Of a stretch of 64,000 nt of DNA, positions 11,750 through 23,789 are shown one piece after another; the stretch's first letter is position 1; every line of letters begins with the position of its first letter. Source of the stretch: Chiloscyllium plagiosum (Eukaryota); contig NC_057720.1 in the NCBI RefSeq assembly GCF_004010195.1, positions 17,517,558 through 17,581,557 on the forward strand. Direction: 5' to 3'. Both the position numbers and the translations under genes were made by a program. The notes under the pieces are model-generated. The model ran no database searches and had not been told where the DNA came from. It was given only the letters and a program-made list of their open reading frames with translations.

Positions 11750-12984
11750 GATAAAAAGGAACTGGGAGCTTGGAATAAGGCCTTTACAGGAAGCAGGGTG
11801 TGAGGATGTATAGTCCAGGTAACTGTGGGATTTGCTGAGTTTGCAGTTGATTTGGCACCAGCCCTATCCCCAAGTTGTAAATGGATATGTCGAGGAAGGA
11901 AAGTGATAAGTCAGATATGAACCAGGTAACCAAACCTGGGAACAAGCTAGCATGCTCTGGTGTTGTGACCTTCTCTGCTAGTCCTGGGGGATGAGGATGT
12001 CCCATCCTTGCACCGCCCCATCCAGCAGAAGCCTCCTGGTACCCGCTTGCAAAGCAGCGTTCCAAATTTCCCTTGTTTGCCATGTCTGATGCCTGCAAAA
12101 CAGCGTCTGGACTGACAATGGAGTTTTAAAGATGGCTTTTAATTCTGGGATATCCCAGTGCAGCTCCAGTCCCAAATGCATCTTCACAGATCAGAGATTG
12201 CCATGTGTGGCTCTGGACTCTGGACTCGGGGCTTGCTGTTAGCGATATCTGGAGTTTGAGGGAGAGAGGGGTGGTTGGAATGGAAGTAAGATGGAGGAAA
12301 GAGACATCTGCAGTTTGGGTAAAAGGAGCCAGCAAGGTGGGGGGCAAAGAGGGAGGCAATAGAGTGGTGGGCAAAGAGGGAAATTGGAAGTTGGGGGGCA
12401 AAGATGGAGTTGCAAAGTTCGGGTTAAATAAGAAGGATCCTAGTTGGTCTTCCTGAATTGTAAAGTAGCGCTCAACAAAACCGAAAGACAAACCCTCAAA
12501 AATATCATGATAGAACCAGGTTTGATGGGCTATATGGATAGAGGCATAGAGTACAAAAGCAAAGATATTTTGCTGAACTGTTTAAAACAGCTGAACTATC
12601 ACTGTGACTATGGTTTCCACTTCTGGCTATCAGAAAGATGGGAAGATTTTATGGAGGAATCCGAAGAGATTCGCAAGAGTGGCTCCGGGGATGAGGGATT
12701 ACAGTGAATCTGAATTCACTCTCCTGAAGAGCTCAAGGTTTAATGAAGGTGTCTAAAATGAAGAAGGGTTAGATGGAATAAATGGAAACTGTTTCCAATG
12801 GCTGAACGATCAATAATCAGATGGGCCAAATACAACCTAATTTAAACGGTTTGCAAAAGAACCAGTGACAACATAAGGACAGAAGATTTACAAAAAGAGT
12901 GATTTGGAATTGTAATGCACCCCCTCCCTGATATTGAAATAGACACAGGTTCAAATTAGTCTTCAAAAGGAAATTGGATAAATA

Positions 12985-14472
12985 GAGTCATAGAGTCATA
13001 GAGATGTACAGCATGGAAACAGACCCTTCGGTCCCAACCCGTCCATGCCGACCAGATATCCCAACCCAAACTAGTCCCACCTGCCAGCACCCTGCCCATA
13101 TCCCTCCAAACCCTTCCTATTCATATACCCATCCAAATGCCTCTTAAATGTTGCAATTGTACCAGCCTCCACCACATCCTCTGGCAGTCATTCCATACAC
13201 GTACCACCCTCTGCAAGGAAAAGTTGCCCCCAAGGTCTCTTTTATATCTTTCCCCTCTCACCCTAAACCTATGCCCTCTAGTTCTGGACTCCCCGACCCC
13301 AAGGAAAAGACTTTGTCTATTTATCCTATCTATGCCCCGCATAATTTTGTAAACCTCTATAAGGTCACCCCTCAGCCTCCGACGCTCCAGGGAAAACAGC
13401 CCCAACCTGTTCAGCCTCTCCCTGTAGCTCAGATCCTCCAACCCTGGCAAAATCCTTGTAAATCTTTTCTGAACCCTTTCAAGTTTCACCACTTCTTTCC
13501 GATAGGAAGGAGACCAGAATTGCACACAATATTCCAACAGTGGCCTAACCAATATCCTGTATAGCCGCAACATGACCTCCCAACTCCTGTACTCAATACT
13601 CTGACCAATAAAGGAAAGCATACCAAACGCTTTCTTCACTATCCTATCTACCTGTGACTCNNNNNNNNNNNNNNNNNNNNNNNNNNNNNNNNNNNNNNNN
13701 NNNNNNNNNNNNNNNNNNNNNNNNNNNNNNNNNNNNNNNNNNNNNNNNNNNNNNNNNNNNNNNNNNNNNNNNNNNNNNNNNNNNNNNNNNNNNNNNNNNN
13801 NNNNNNNNNNNNNNNNNNNNNNNNNNNNNNNNNNNNNNNNNNNNNNNNNNNNNNNNNNNNNNNNNNNNNNNNNNNNNNNNNNNNNNNNNNNNNNNNNNNN
13901 NNNNNNNNNNNNNNNNNNNNNNNNNNNNNNNNNNNNNNNNNNNNNNNNNTAATCAGTCTCCCATGGGGAACCTTGTCGAACGCTTTACTGAAGTCCATAT
14001 AGATCTCATTTACTGCTCTACCCTCATCAATCTTCTTTGTTACTTCTTCAAAAAACTCAATCAAGTTTGTGAGACATGATTTCCCACACACAAAGCCATG
14101 TTGACTATTCCTAATCAGTCCTTGCCTTTCCAAATACATGGACGTCCTGTCCTTCAGGATTCCCTCCAACAACTTGCCCACCACGGAGGTCAGGCTCACC
14201 GGTCTATAGTTACTTGGCTTGTCTTTACTGCCCTTCTTAAACAGTGGCACCATGTTTGCCAACCTCCAGTCTTCCGGCACCTCACCTGTGACTATCGATG
14301 ATACAAATATCTCAGCAAGAGGCCCAGCAATCACTTCTCTAGCTTTCCAGAGTTCTTGGGTACACCTGATCAGGTCCTGGGGATTTATCCACCTTTAACC
14401 ATTTCAAGGCATCCAGCACTTGCTCCTCTGTAATCTGGACATTTTGCAAAATGTCACCATCTATTTCCCTAC
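12985..14472 (-). mobile_element. Young CR1/HER1-like LINE, 5'-truncated, with gap
   Basis: ORFs 13648-14334 (NYRPVSLTS…YMDFSKAFDKVPH) and 13121-13639 (LEYCVQFWSP…LERRRLRGDLIEVYKI); (tagagtca)n tail. Confidence 0.92.
13661..13949. other. Assembly gap (N run)
   Basis: Run of n. Confidence 0.99.
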
Positions 14473-16304
14473 TTAGAAAAGCAAGGACAGAAGGGCAAAG
14501 AAGACAATGGACTTTTTAAAATCATTTACAGAATGGGCATTTCAGGCTATGCCAGCATTTAGTGCCATTCCCCAACTGCCCAGTTAATAGTCAGGCCAGA
14601 CTAGATGAGGACAGCACTTTCTCTCCCTAAATGGCATTAATGTCTTTTATTCCTGATAATCAACACCATTAGACTCCTAATTCCAAATTTCTATTGAATT
14701 CAAATTCCACATCTGCCATGGCACATTTCAAACCCAGGTCCCTAGAACATTACTTGGGTTTCTGGATTAATAGTCTAGTGATAATACCAATAGGCCATCA
14801 CCTGCCCAGGACAGGATTTCTCTTTAAAAGAACTGGCACAGAGTTAAAGGGCTGAATTGTCTACTTCTGTACTACATTTTCTATTGGACCCAAAACATAT
14901 TGCAAAGATGCTGAACAGAAACTGTTGAGTGTTAAAAGGTCATGGGGAGAACTGGGGGGTTTGGGGATGGGAAGGGAGACAAGGGATCCAGAAATTTTAA
15001 AAACTGCATCAGATCTCATGATTTCTCTCCCTTGCTCCGACTCATCCTGAATAACACAGGATTACATCTTTAACCTTAGGAACTGACAAATTATAAGTAC
15101 CTCACACATGAAACGTAAGTGTTTCCTCTGTAAACCATTTGTTTATTTTTTTTGCCTTTGTTTGGTCAGATGTTAGTCTTCTGTCTTTGATCTTCAACCA
15201 AAACACCTCTCTGAAATTTTAATTACCTGCTAATAAACCTGTATGGAGTTTCATTCTCTTCTGGTTCAAGGGCATGTGTTTCAGTGAGAAGAAAGTATTC
15301 ATTTTGATAACTATAAGTGAAATGTGATATTGCCAGCTGAAGAAAATGGGAAAATAATTATTTAAGAAATTGCTTTGCAGAAAATTGAGAAAATCAGAAG
15401 GAATCTGGTTACCAAGGAAGCATTACTTTCAGCTGGAGAACAGTTGCCTGTTCACACTCAGTTTGAAATGACATGGTATTTTATTGGAAAGAAACATTAG
15501 AAATTTCTCATTACATTATTTTAATGAAGTCATTACCCTGTTTAAGATAAATTATTACAGTGACATGGTTGTTAATAACATCAGACATCAAACTTCCAGT
15601 CAACAAGGCATGGGGAGGAGGGGGTTTGACAGCTTACTGATACACAGCTAAATAGACAGTTAGTACAAGAAAGATGTGCATTTTTAGAGCACCTTTTATG
15701 AGCTCAGAACCTCCTAAAGCACTTTTGAGCTAATATAATAAGACAGCTCAGTAATGTCATCAAAGCAGCAAGAGATAAACAGTCAGATTAACTATCTCAG
15801 TAATGTTGATTGAAGGATAAATATTAGTTATGACACTAAATGACCTTTCATTTTTACTTAAATATAACACAAACATGAAAGTTAATTTGCAGTAAAGATA
15901 GAAGTTTGGCTCTATTACATTCTATTGTTCTGTAGAGTAGTTGAATAAAACTGGGTTACAAAGATGCACATTAAAAATAAATTGGATTCCAAGGTCATGT
16001 GGTTCATATACCAGTCCATGAATTCTGTAATTTTTCTCTACTTAAAAAGTAGGGCAAAGAAGACAATGGTTAGCTTCAAGTAGCTTCTCTCCCTAAAAAT
16101 TTTATTCTTTGTGCCAAAGTGGACAAGTTCACATTTTATCACATTATGCTCCACCTATCAAAATGGTTGTCCACCTATCTATGTCTCGACCTTCTCTTGA
16201 TAACTTACTTTTCTATCTATCTTTGTGTCACTGGCAAATTTGGCTTCCATACATTCAGCCCCTGCATCCATGTCATTGTTATAGATTGTAGATAGTCAAG
16301 AAGC

Positions 16305-16640
16305 TCACGGTTGGTTAGCTTAGTTGGGTGGATGGCCAATTTGTGATGCAGAGTGATACCAACAGTATGGGTTCAGTTCCCACACCAGCTGAGGTGTCTC
16401 CTTCTCAGCTTCTCCTTTCACATGAGAAGGGCTACCCTCAGACTAAGCCACCACCAGTTGTCTCTCTCTCTAATGACACCAGGTTATTGTCCAAAAGATA
16501 CCTTGGGATCAGCTTTGCTCTATAACCTGGTGTTGTCTGACTTCTGACTTTGTCCACCCCAAGTCCAACACTGGCATCTCCACATTATCTCTCTCTAATG
16601 AGACAGTAGTCTTCTGGGACTATGGTGATTTTATTTTAAA
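16305..16640 (+). mobile_element. tRNA-derived SINE carrying a short Penelope-type insert (~16477-16590)
   Basis: tRNA-like head (tagcttagttgg…gggttcagttccc). ctctctctaatga is duplicated around the insert. A reverse-strand relative lies at ~44070-44250. Confidence 0.5.
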
Positions 16641-19600
16641 TAGTTGAGTTTCTAATGCTGATCTTTGTAGCAGTAGATGGAGATTGCTAACCTGAAAAAG
16701 GCCAATTTATCCATCCTCTCTGCTTCCTGTTTAGTAGCCAATTCTTTATCAATGCTAAAATGTTTTGCCTATACTATGTGCTCTTACCTTTGATGTTGCA
16801 CCTTAACTCTGCCAGATCACATTATGATTTTCAAAGTATCCTACTGTAAATTCCTTTATAATGGATTCTAATATGTTCTGCAACACATGTCAGGCTAACT
16901 GGCCTATATTTTCCTGCTTTCTGTCCTCCTTTCATAAATCAAGGTGTTATATTAGCTATTTTCTAACCAACTGTAACCTTCTAGAATCCTATGAATATTG
17001 GAAGATCATAACCAATGTTTCTAATACCTCATCAGCCATTTTTGTTTTAAGATTTTAGGCTGTGGGCAATTTGGTCCTGGAGATTTGTCAGCCTTTGTCC
17101 AGCGCCTTTTCCATTGCACGCTACATGAGCTTGTGTGTGACTCTTTTTTCAGTGGGGACCTTGGGGAGGCACCATCATCATCCACTTGATCCTAATGGTT
17201 TGGTGGTCAGATGTCAACAGCGCGTTGAATTGTGATAATTGTGACCACCTTGTCTCTTGTTCCACCATCACTGGCAGTGAGACAGAGTAATCCTTCCCCT
17301 TTTTTTCTTATTGAGAATTATTTGGACCTCACTTTGTCATGCAGCTCCCCCTCTGACCTTACTGTCATGGGTGACCCTACCAGAAGCAAGGAGTTCCCGA
17401 CTGCATTATGCAAGAGGTCATCAGAGTCTGGCAGCCTCTTCACAACATCAGAGTGGTGATCCCATCAATATTGCAATCTATTGGCAAGAGCAAAAAGGTT
17501 ATGATGGATGGAGACAATGATTTTCCCAATGTTTACTGGAGAAAATTTTAGCTCATCTAATACTGGATATCAGACAAATATGAGACTGAATGTGGTTGAA
17601 TGGATGCCGAGAGGTAGTAGACAGCAAATATATGAAGCTAACCTGATGGGAGGAAGTTTAATAAATAATAAGTAAGGGGAGTACCTTGTGGATGGGCCAA
17701 ATTGGAAAATTTCCAAAGCTGATCCCAATGTACCTGCTTCAACTCCAATTATAGTAGATGTGTCTGAGTAAACCTTTCTGGTGAGGCTGTACATTCATGA
17801 TAGCTTGGTTGTTATTTGAATTAAGTGCTGGTAGGAATTCCTAATCCTTAGCAACATTTTGTAGCAGGTCAGTGCATCTTGTAAAGCTGTTTATAGCCTG
17901 GGTGAAGAAGGAGAGTTTTATTGTATCACACCAGAATATCTTCAGTTCTGTTCGACCAACCAACCAAAAACCAGGATGCTGATCCATACAACTCTTAATT
18001 TTGTTTTTGTTCTCTCTAACTGATACCTCTTATATCCTCCCTGTTATTCCAAACCTTAGGACATGCAGCCATGTAGTTTGCGACCGAATACTGACAAAAA
18101 TGAATATTTTGAGATTTGTCCAGTTCAATTGGTTCAAAAGGTAACACTTTACACCTCATCGTGCTTTATAAGCTCTGCAGCTAGTGATAGAAATGGTATT
18201 CATTTTAATTATTACCATTTAATTTTCAAATTAATGTGTCATGAGGAATTCCAGTGCCTCAATTGCTAAAGATGTGCTATAATGCATAAGTTATCGCAAT
18301 GATGCATCAACATCATCTTTAAAAATTAGACTTATTCTAGTGGAAGCTAACAACACCCACCATTGTTACTTAAGGGAAAATTGCATAGGTGTTACTACAG
18401 CATATAAATCTGTACGATCCCTGCAATGGGAAGAGTAGCTATTCTTTCTCTTTCGTCCTACTCACTCACTTCTAATCCAGCTTTCATCTCCCTTGTTTTT
18501 AGACAGCTCTTGGTTGAGCCAGTTACAATGGTCTCAGCGTGAGGAAATATCACAGGATACATTTACATTTAGTGGATCAGTAACTCACATCATAGAAAAA
18601 TAAAGTCTACGTACTGGTTGACATTACTTTCTACAGAACGAAAACCAACTCTCTTGTTGCAATGGCAAAATCATAGATCCACATATTTTACGTTTAATGT
18701 ACTGAATACAATCTATACACTGGCATCGAGTGCTGACATTGTTAAAACTGGTTTCCTTGTCCCGGAGACAGAATCAGAATGCAGACATACAGAGCCACGT
18801 ATATACAACTCTCAGGTACATAAAAGTACTAACATTTACATCATCACATTTGTCATTTACTCCCTGCTGCGTTCCACTTTGTCTTAGACTTTCCCTTTCG
18901 TTTTTTTTAAACCCCTCCCTCTTTTTCCCTGCCATTGAACTTAAACATGTTCTACCGCTGATATTTTCCAGTTCTGACAGAACTGAAAGGTTGGGTGTAT
19001 TTTCTGGGTCTTGTGGCAGTACGCTCAGATATGGAAAGGCAGAAAAATAACAGGGAACTCCCTCAATGCATTCCCACTGCTGGGGTGAATGGGGAAGCAG
19101 ATTGTCTGACTGAGGTGCCCAGGCAACCTACATACTTGAAAGGGGCAAGTCAGGAGTGATCGTGTGATTGAGGCCTCCTGCAGAAGCCATGCAGGAGGCC
19201 TCTCTGCAGAGGCATGGCTCCTCACTGTTGACCACTTTGATCACTTTTCAAGTGCTGTATATATTTCCACCCCTGAGGGCACCTGTGTTTAGATACCACT
19301 GTGTTCACCAGTCTGCCATCTTTAGCAGCACTCACCTCTTCTGATGGGGCTGCTGAGGCTATACAGTTGCCAGTCTTGGGAGTTCTTAAGAAGTGTCATA
19401 CCAGACGTGAAATGTTAACTCTTTTCTCTGCACAGACACTGCTAGATCTGCTGAGTTTCTCCAACATTCTCTGAGTTTGTCTCAGATTTCCAGCTTCGGC
19501 AGTATTTTGCCTTTATTGTCTGCTTTCTCTCCACAGATGCTGCCAGATATCCTGAGTTTCTCCAGCAACCTCTGTTGTTGTCTCTGAGTATATCTGGCAT

Positions 19601-19789
19601 TTTCTGTTCTAATTTTAAATGGAAAGATGCCTTTATAAGAGGAAGTAAAAGTGAAAAATGTAACAACAAATGACCCCATTCTCATTCATGACTTTCAGTT
19701 CAGTCAAAAATAGAAGCCTGAATTTTTGTGCATTTCAAGTTTAAGCCTATAGCTATTCACTATAGACAATGACTGCTTTTGTTTTACAG

Positions 19790-20012
19790 TAGCCTTCCCT
19801 TGAATCAGAATGAGGTGATGACACCCACCCTGTTGCTGTGGGGAGAAAAGGAAGAATTTCTGGAATTCAGAATGGCCGAGGTCACAAAGACCTATGTGAA
19901 GAGTAGCTTCAGACTGAATATTGTGCCCGAAGCCAGTCACTGGCTTCAACAGGACCAGCCCGAAGTAGTTAATAACTTAATTTGGGAATTTTTAAAGGAG
20001 GTCGGCCAGTAA
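19790..20012 (+). CDS. EPHX4: Epoxide hydrolase 4 (alpha/beta hydrolase), last coding exon
   Basis: Acceptor ttttacag|t (phase 2). Reads SLPLNQNEVMTPTLLLWGEKEEFLEFRMAEVTKTYVKSSFRLNIVPEASHWLQQDQPEVVNNLIWEFLKEVGQ*, matching the EPHX4 C-terminus with the catalytic His in ASHWLQQDQP. Lies upstream of BTBD8 as in mammals. No earlier exon was recognised in 1-19789. Confidence 0.93.
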
Positions 20013-20270
20013 AACATGTTGTTATTGATGATATGATTTAAGATGAGAAGATTTTGCGATGGTTCCAGTGTGAAAATTAAATGTTTTTCTGTGTCGCCTA
20101 ACTCTAACCCTTCCCCTTTACACTGCTGTCTGAAATCTTTCGGTGGTGCTGAATGAAAGTCTGCTTGTAAGGTTTGTACTTTGTTGTTGCACTATTTATT
20201 AGCCTACGCGTAATTCTGCTCAGTAACCATTTAAAGCTGTGGTCTCCCTTTATAAAATGTGCATTCAAGT

Positions 20271-20365
20271 TTATATGTATGTTTATATATATATATATAT
20301 ATATATATCTATAAAATGGAGAGAGAGAGAGATGCCTTATATATATAAAAGATATATATATATAA
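20271..20365. repeat. (TA)n/(GA)n microsatellites in the EPHX4 3' UTR region
   Basis: Direct reading. Confidence 0.85.
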
Positions 20366-20996
20366 AATTATGATTTCTAAATTACAAATGATCACATTTC
20401 TGTGTACTTGGATTGACCAAGGATTTGAAACAAAGAATTATCTGCCGAAGAAAGTAATTGACAAGACAACATAAAACTCCTTAAGTTTTCTGTTTTCAGT
20501 GTGGAGCTGGTGGGTGCAAAGAATGCAAGTGGGCGATATAAGGGATGTGACAGCTTTAAATTGAAAGAGGTCTGACATTGTTTGAGACAGCATTTTAGCA
20601 TATTTATTCCCGAATCTTTGCACATGAAAACACCAGCCTTAAGACTTGTAATTAAGAAACAATGATGTCACCAAGTAAATGACTGATACATGCTCCTTAC
20701 TGTTTTCATTCACATGGTAGTGCCTTTCACTACCTTCTTATGAAGAAAGCAAGAGTGCCATTTCTGAAAATTTAAATGGGGTTGTTTATATTTTATATTT
20801 ATAAGTTGTATAGATTGATGTTTTTATTGACAAAGATCATTTATTGAAAATAATGCTGTAACTACAATCCGGTCTCCATGGCAAGTGTATATATTCATCC
20901 ATAGAATATTAAAAACAGATTATCTACCTGCTCTATTCCTAGAACACTTTGGGAATATAGTTATTGCTGATTCTCTCAATTGGAACAAATCTGCGC

Positions 20997-21016
20997 AATG
21001 CTCCATCTGCTGGTCT
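20997..21016 (-). promoter_or_regulatory. Candidate CTCF-binding site
   Basis: Minus strand AGACCAGCAGATGGAGCAT resembles the CTCF core CCASYAGRKGGCRS, in apparently non-repetitive sequence. Confidence 0.4.
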
Positions 21017-21907
21017 AATTCAAAATAGACCAGCCTCACCTACATGAAATGGTACATGTACGAAAAATAGCCTCAAGATTTGAACCTATCTCATATGGAA
21101 AGGGGCAAGAATTTCTTGAGATGGTTCTCCTGATCAACCACCGCAACCTCATTCTACAAACCTCCAAACATTGTCAGCTGACAATGGTTCAGCCAATCTG
21201 GAAAATCTGTTAGGTTCTGGGTTAAACAGTCTAAGTTTTCAATCATCTGACTAGGTGATGCCCAGAGTTCTTTTTGAAGGGTAGAAGGGAGGTGGATAAT
21301 ACGCCGTAAACATTGTATCCTGAACAGTCTAAAATCAACGTTTTAAAACCAGACACATTTACCAACAGTTAAAATACAACGAAGCTCATTGGTGGATACA
21401 GATTCTCAACATCCTTAATTGCAGATGAGGCAGCTACCCATTATAGTTAATGGTTTTGTTTCAAACTTCCAATATTCAATTCATGGGTGGACACAGCTTC
21501 TCTATTTCCCCAATCTTTGATGAGACATCAGAGTTTAAGTCAGGAAAGTGGAGTTGAGGAGGGGAAGACCCTCCTCACTGAATCAGAGCAGACTTGATTA
21601 ACCAAATGGCTTATTTCTGTTCCTATTTCTAATGATGTTATCTCCTATTTAACATTTTGCTGGGAACACTTTTTTTTAAGCATCCTAAAGGGTAGCAAAT
21701 TAGCTTGCACACACTGTACTGCTGAAGCCAACAATGTGAATCCCAGTTCACTGACATCTACGTACGCAATTTCTCTTCATACTAGTTTTGCTAATTCTCA
21801 ACTGAGCCATAGGGGGAAAGCACTGGAAACTAAAAGGATGGGTAGGCAGTGAGGAGAAACCCCAACAGTAATTATTTTTACCCTCTGCTTTGCTCAGTCT
21901 GAAGCAG

Positions 21908-22099
21908 GGAGAAAGTGAGGACTGCAGATGCTGGAGATTAGAGCTGAAAATGTGTTGCTGGAAATGCGCAGCAGGTCAGGCAGCATCCAAGGAGCTGCCT
22001 GACCTGCTTCCTGAAGAAGGACTCATGCCGGAAAACGTCGATTCTCCTGCTCCTTGGATGCTGCCTGACCTGCTGCGCTTTTCCAGCAACACATTTTCA
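21908..22099. mobile_element. Penelope-like terminal fragment, inverted pair, with 16-bp target-site duplication
   Basis: gctcagtctgaagcag at 21892-21907 and 22100-22115; internal arms are reverse complements. Confidence 0.8.
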
Positions 22100-23319
22100 G
22101 CTCAGTCTGAAGCAGTTGGCTTGCCCTATTAAACACACATGATGCCGTATCCATTTAATTGACCACGGAGAAGACTGTGACTATTTGCTTGCCTTCCCAG
22201 AATTTTCAATTGACAGTCTTCTGAAAAAATAACTTTAATTTAGTCTTTTACAAAGCAAGGGTTTTTAAGGATAGTACATTTTTGAGATGTGTTCAAAGAT
22301 CTGCAAGGGTAAATTCGCTAATCCCCTGCTCCCAATGGAGATTGGGCTTCAACCCACATACCCTTCAGGAGTGGGAGCTTGGATCTAATGAATTTACCCT
22401 TTACCAAAATTGTATTTCAAATGTGTTAACATTTTAGATGCAAATTCTTCTGGTAAAATCACACAATTATATCAATTTGTGTTTTGCTGCTAGTTTGTAA
22501 GAGTGAAAGTGACTGCATGCTTAATTTTTACTTGAAATATTGATTGTATTTTCCATAAGTCACAAGTTGTTCTCACAGCATTTATGTTCTGCGTTAATGA
22601 AATATTTTAATGCAACCCAATTCATTACAAACTTGAATAACGTTTAAATCATGCAAGGAAATCACATGTATGGGAATGCACAGCATTCAAACTCAAAACT
22701 ATATTGCTGATTCTTCACTGTTGTTAGATCAAAATTCAAGAATTCCTTGTTTTCCCACAACCCAGATAGCTTAAATGGGTACAAGAAGGCAGCTCACCAC
22801 CAACCTTTCATGGATAAATAGGGATGGATAATATATTCTGGTCCAGCCAGTGATGTCTACATCCCATGAACAAACATATAACATGATTAGCCAAGAAGCA
22901 AGGTGGAGCTTCTTAGTTTTCAGTGCAAATCATGCTAAAAGCCCATAGGAACATTGATAATACCTCACACCCTACAAGATATTTACTTAATGAGTAATTA
23001 ATATTTTAATTGTAATAGAAATAGTTAAGAATTATCTGCCACACTGCTCACTGATGACCCTATGCCTCTTTATTGAGTCTATGGAAATTTGTTCATAGTT
23101 ACTAAAACTTGTAATAATTGTTTGGTCAGCTGAATAAAGCCTAAATATTGTTTTTAAAGTAAGGAAAATTCAATTTACTAATCAGTCAAAACTGCAATGA
23201 AATTATCCACAGCCAGTACTGTTAAGCATGAAGTGCAAAATTAATGAGTGGATGAGAAACCCTTGGAATACAACAGTTGAGAGCGAAAAAGATCAACACT
23301 TAGAAAGGGATATATTTAA

Positions 23320-23642
23320 GGGATATGATGGCTCAGTGGTTAGCACTACTGCCTCATAGCACCAAGAACCTGGGTCTGATTCCAACCTCAGGTGATTGTG
23401 TGGAGTTTGAATGTTCTCCCTGTGTCCGTGTGGATTTCCTCCAGGTGCTGTAGTTTCCTCCCACAGTCCTAAGGTGTGCATGTTAGGTGGATTGGCCATG
23501 CTAAATTGCCCGTAGTGTCCAGGGATGTGTAGGCTAGGTAAATTTATAGGGATGGCGATGGATCTGGATAGAATGTTTTTCAGAGGGTCACTGCTGACTT
23601 GAATGGCTGAATGGCCCCTAATTGTACAGATTCTATGATTTG
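23320..23642 (+). mobile_element. V-SINE/HE1-type SINE (older copy)
   Basis: tRNA-like head tggctcagtggttagcac, V-domain, and tail ttctatgatt. Confidence 0.8.
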
Positions 23643-23789
23643 ATATTTTGTTTAACAGACTGATATCCCTATGTTGAATTCACAAAAGACTTTAAAGGGT
23701 TTTATTGCAAATTTATAGTGTAGGATAAATGCCAGTTTATACTTTTCCCTTTTGGCCCCTTCCCTGTCCAGAAGCCCATTCTTCATTGG

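Larger units (their letters stand above)
8650..11942 (-). mobile_element. Penelope-like element (RT C-terminus/GIY-YIG remnants), interrupted by a solo LTR at 9887-11749
   Basis: Minus ORFs include MSTFFLTRGFP.TII..ALS, CNTCPF, (G)EIKHRLGHCFVAHL and EEQQLIFCLRTLQPSGLNIE. The sequence resumes at 11750 and resembles 56863-56990. Confidence 0.75.
8545..12085 (-). pseudogene. Split Myb/SANT-like (Harbinger ORF1-type) remnant: N-half ~11945-12085, C-half ~8545-8640
   Basis: Minus strand reads MANKGNL..CF / LLLDGAVQGWDILIPQD in the N-half and SVSAIWRNAQHFRKKINL in the C-half. Same layout as the remnant at 34952-35185; the halves are separated by nested insertions. Confidence 0.5.

Noticed and set aside
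11351..11803. 150-aa Pro/Phe-rich + strand ORF
   Set aside because: Antisense to the Tx1 fragment and its poly-A tails; no protein-like signal.
17100..17465. Possible RTE-type 5' UTR-derived repeat
   Set aside because: The resemblance is from memory only and too decayed to support a call.
1..19789. Search for the penultimate EPHX4 exon (…QPGAL.GPINHYRNIF)
   Set aside because: Not found by eye; it probably lies upstream of the window or in a gap.
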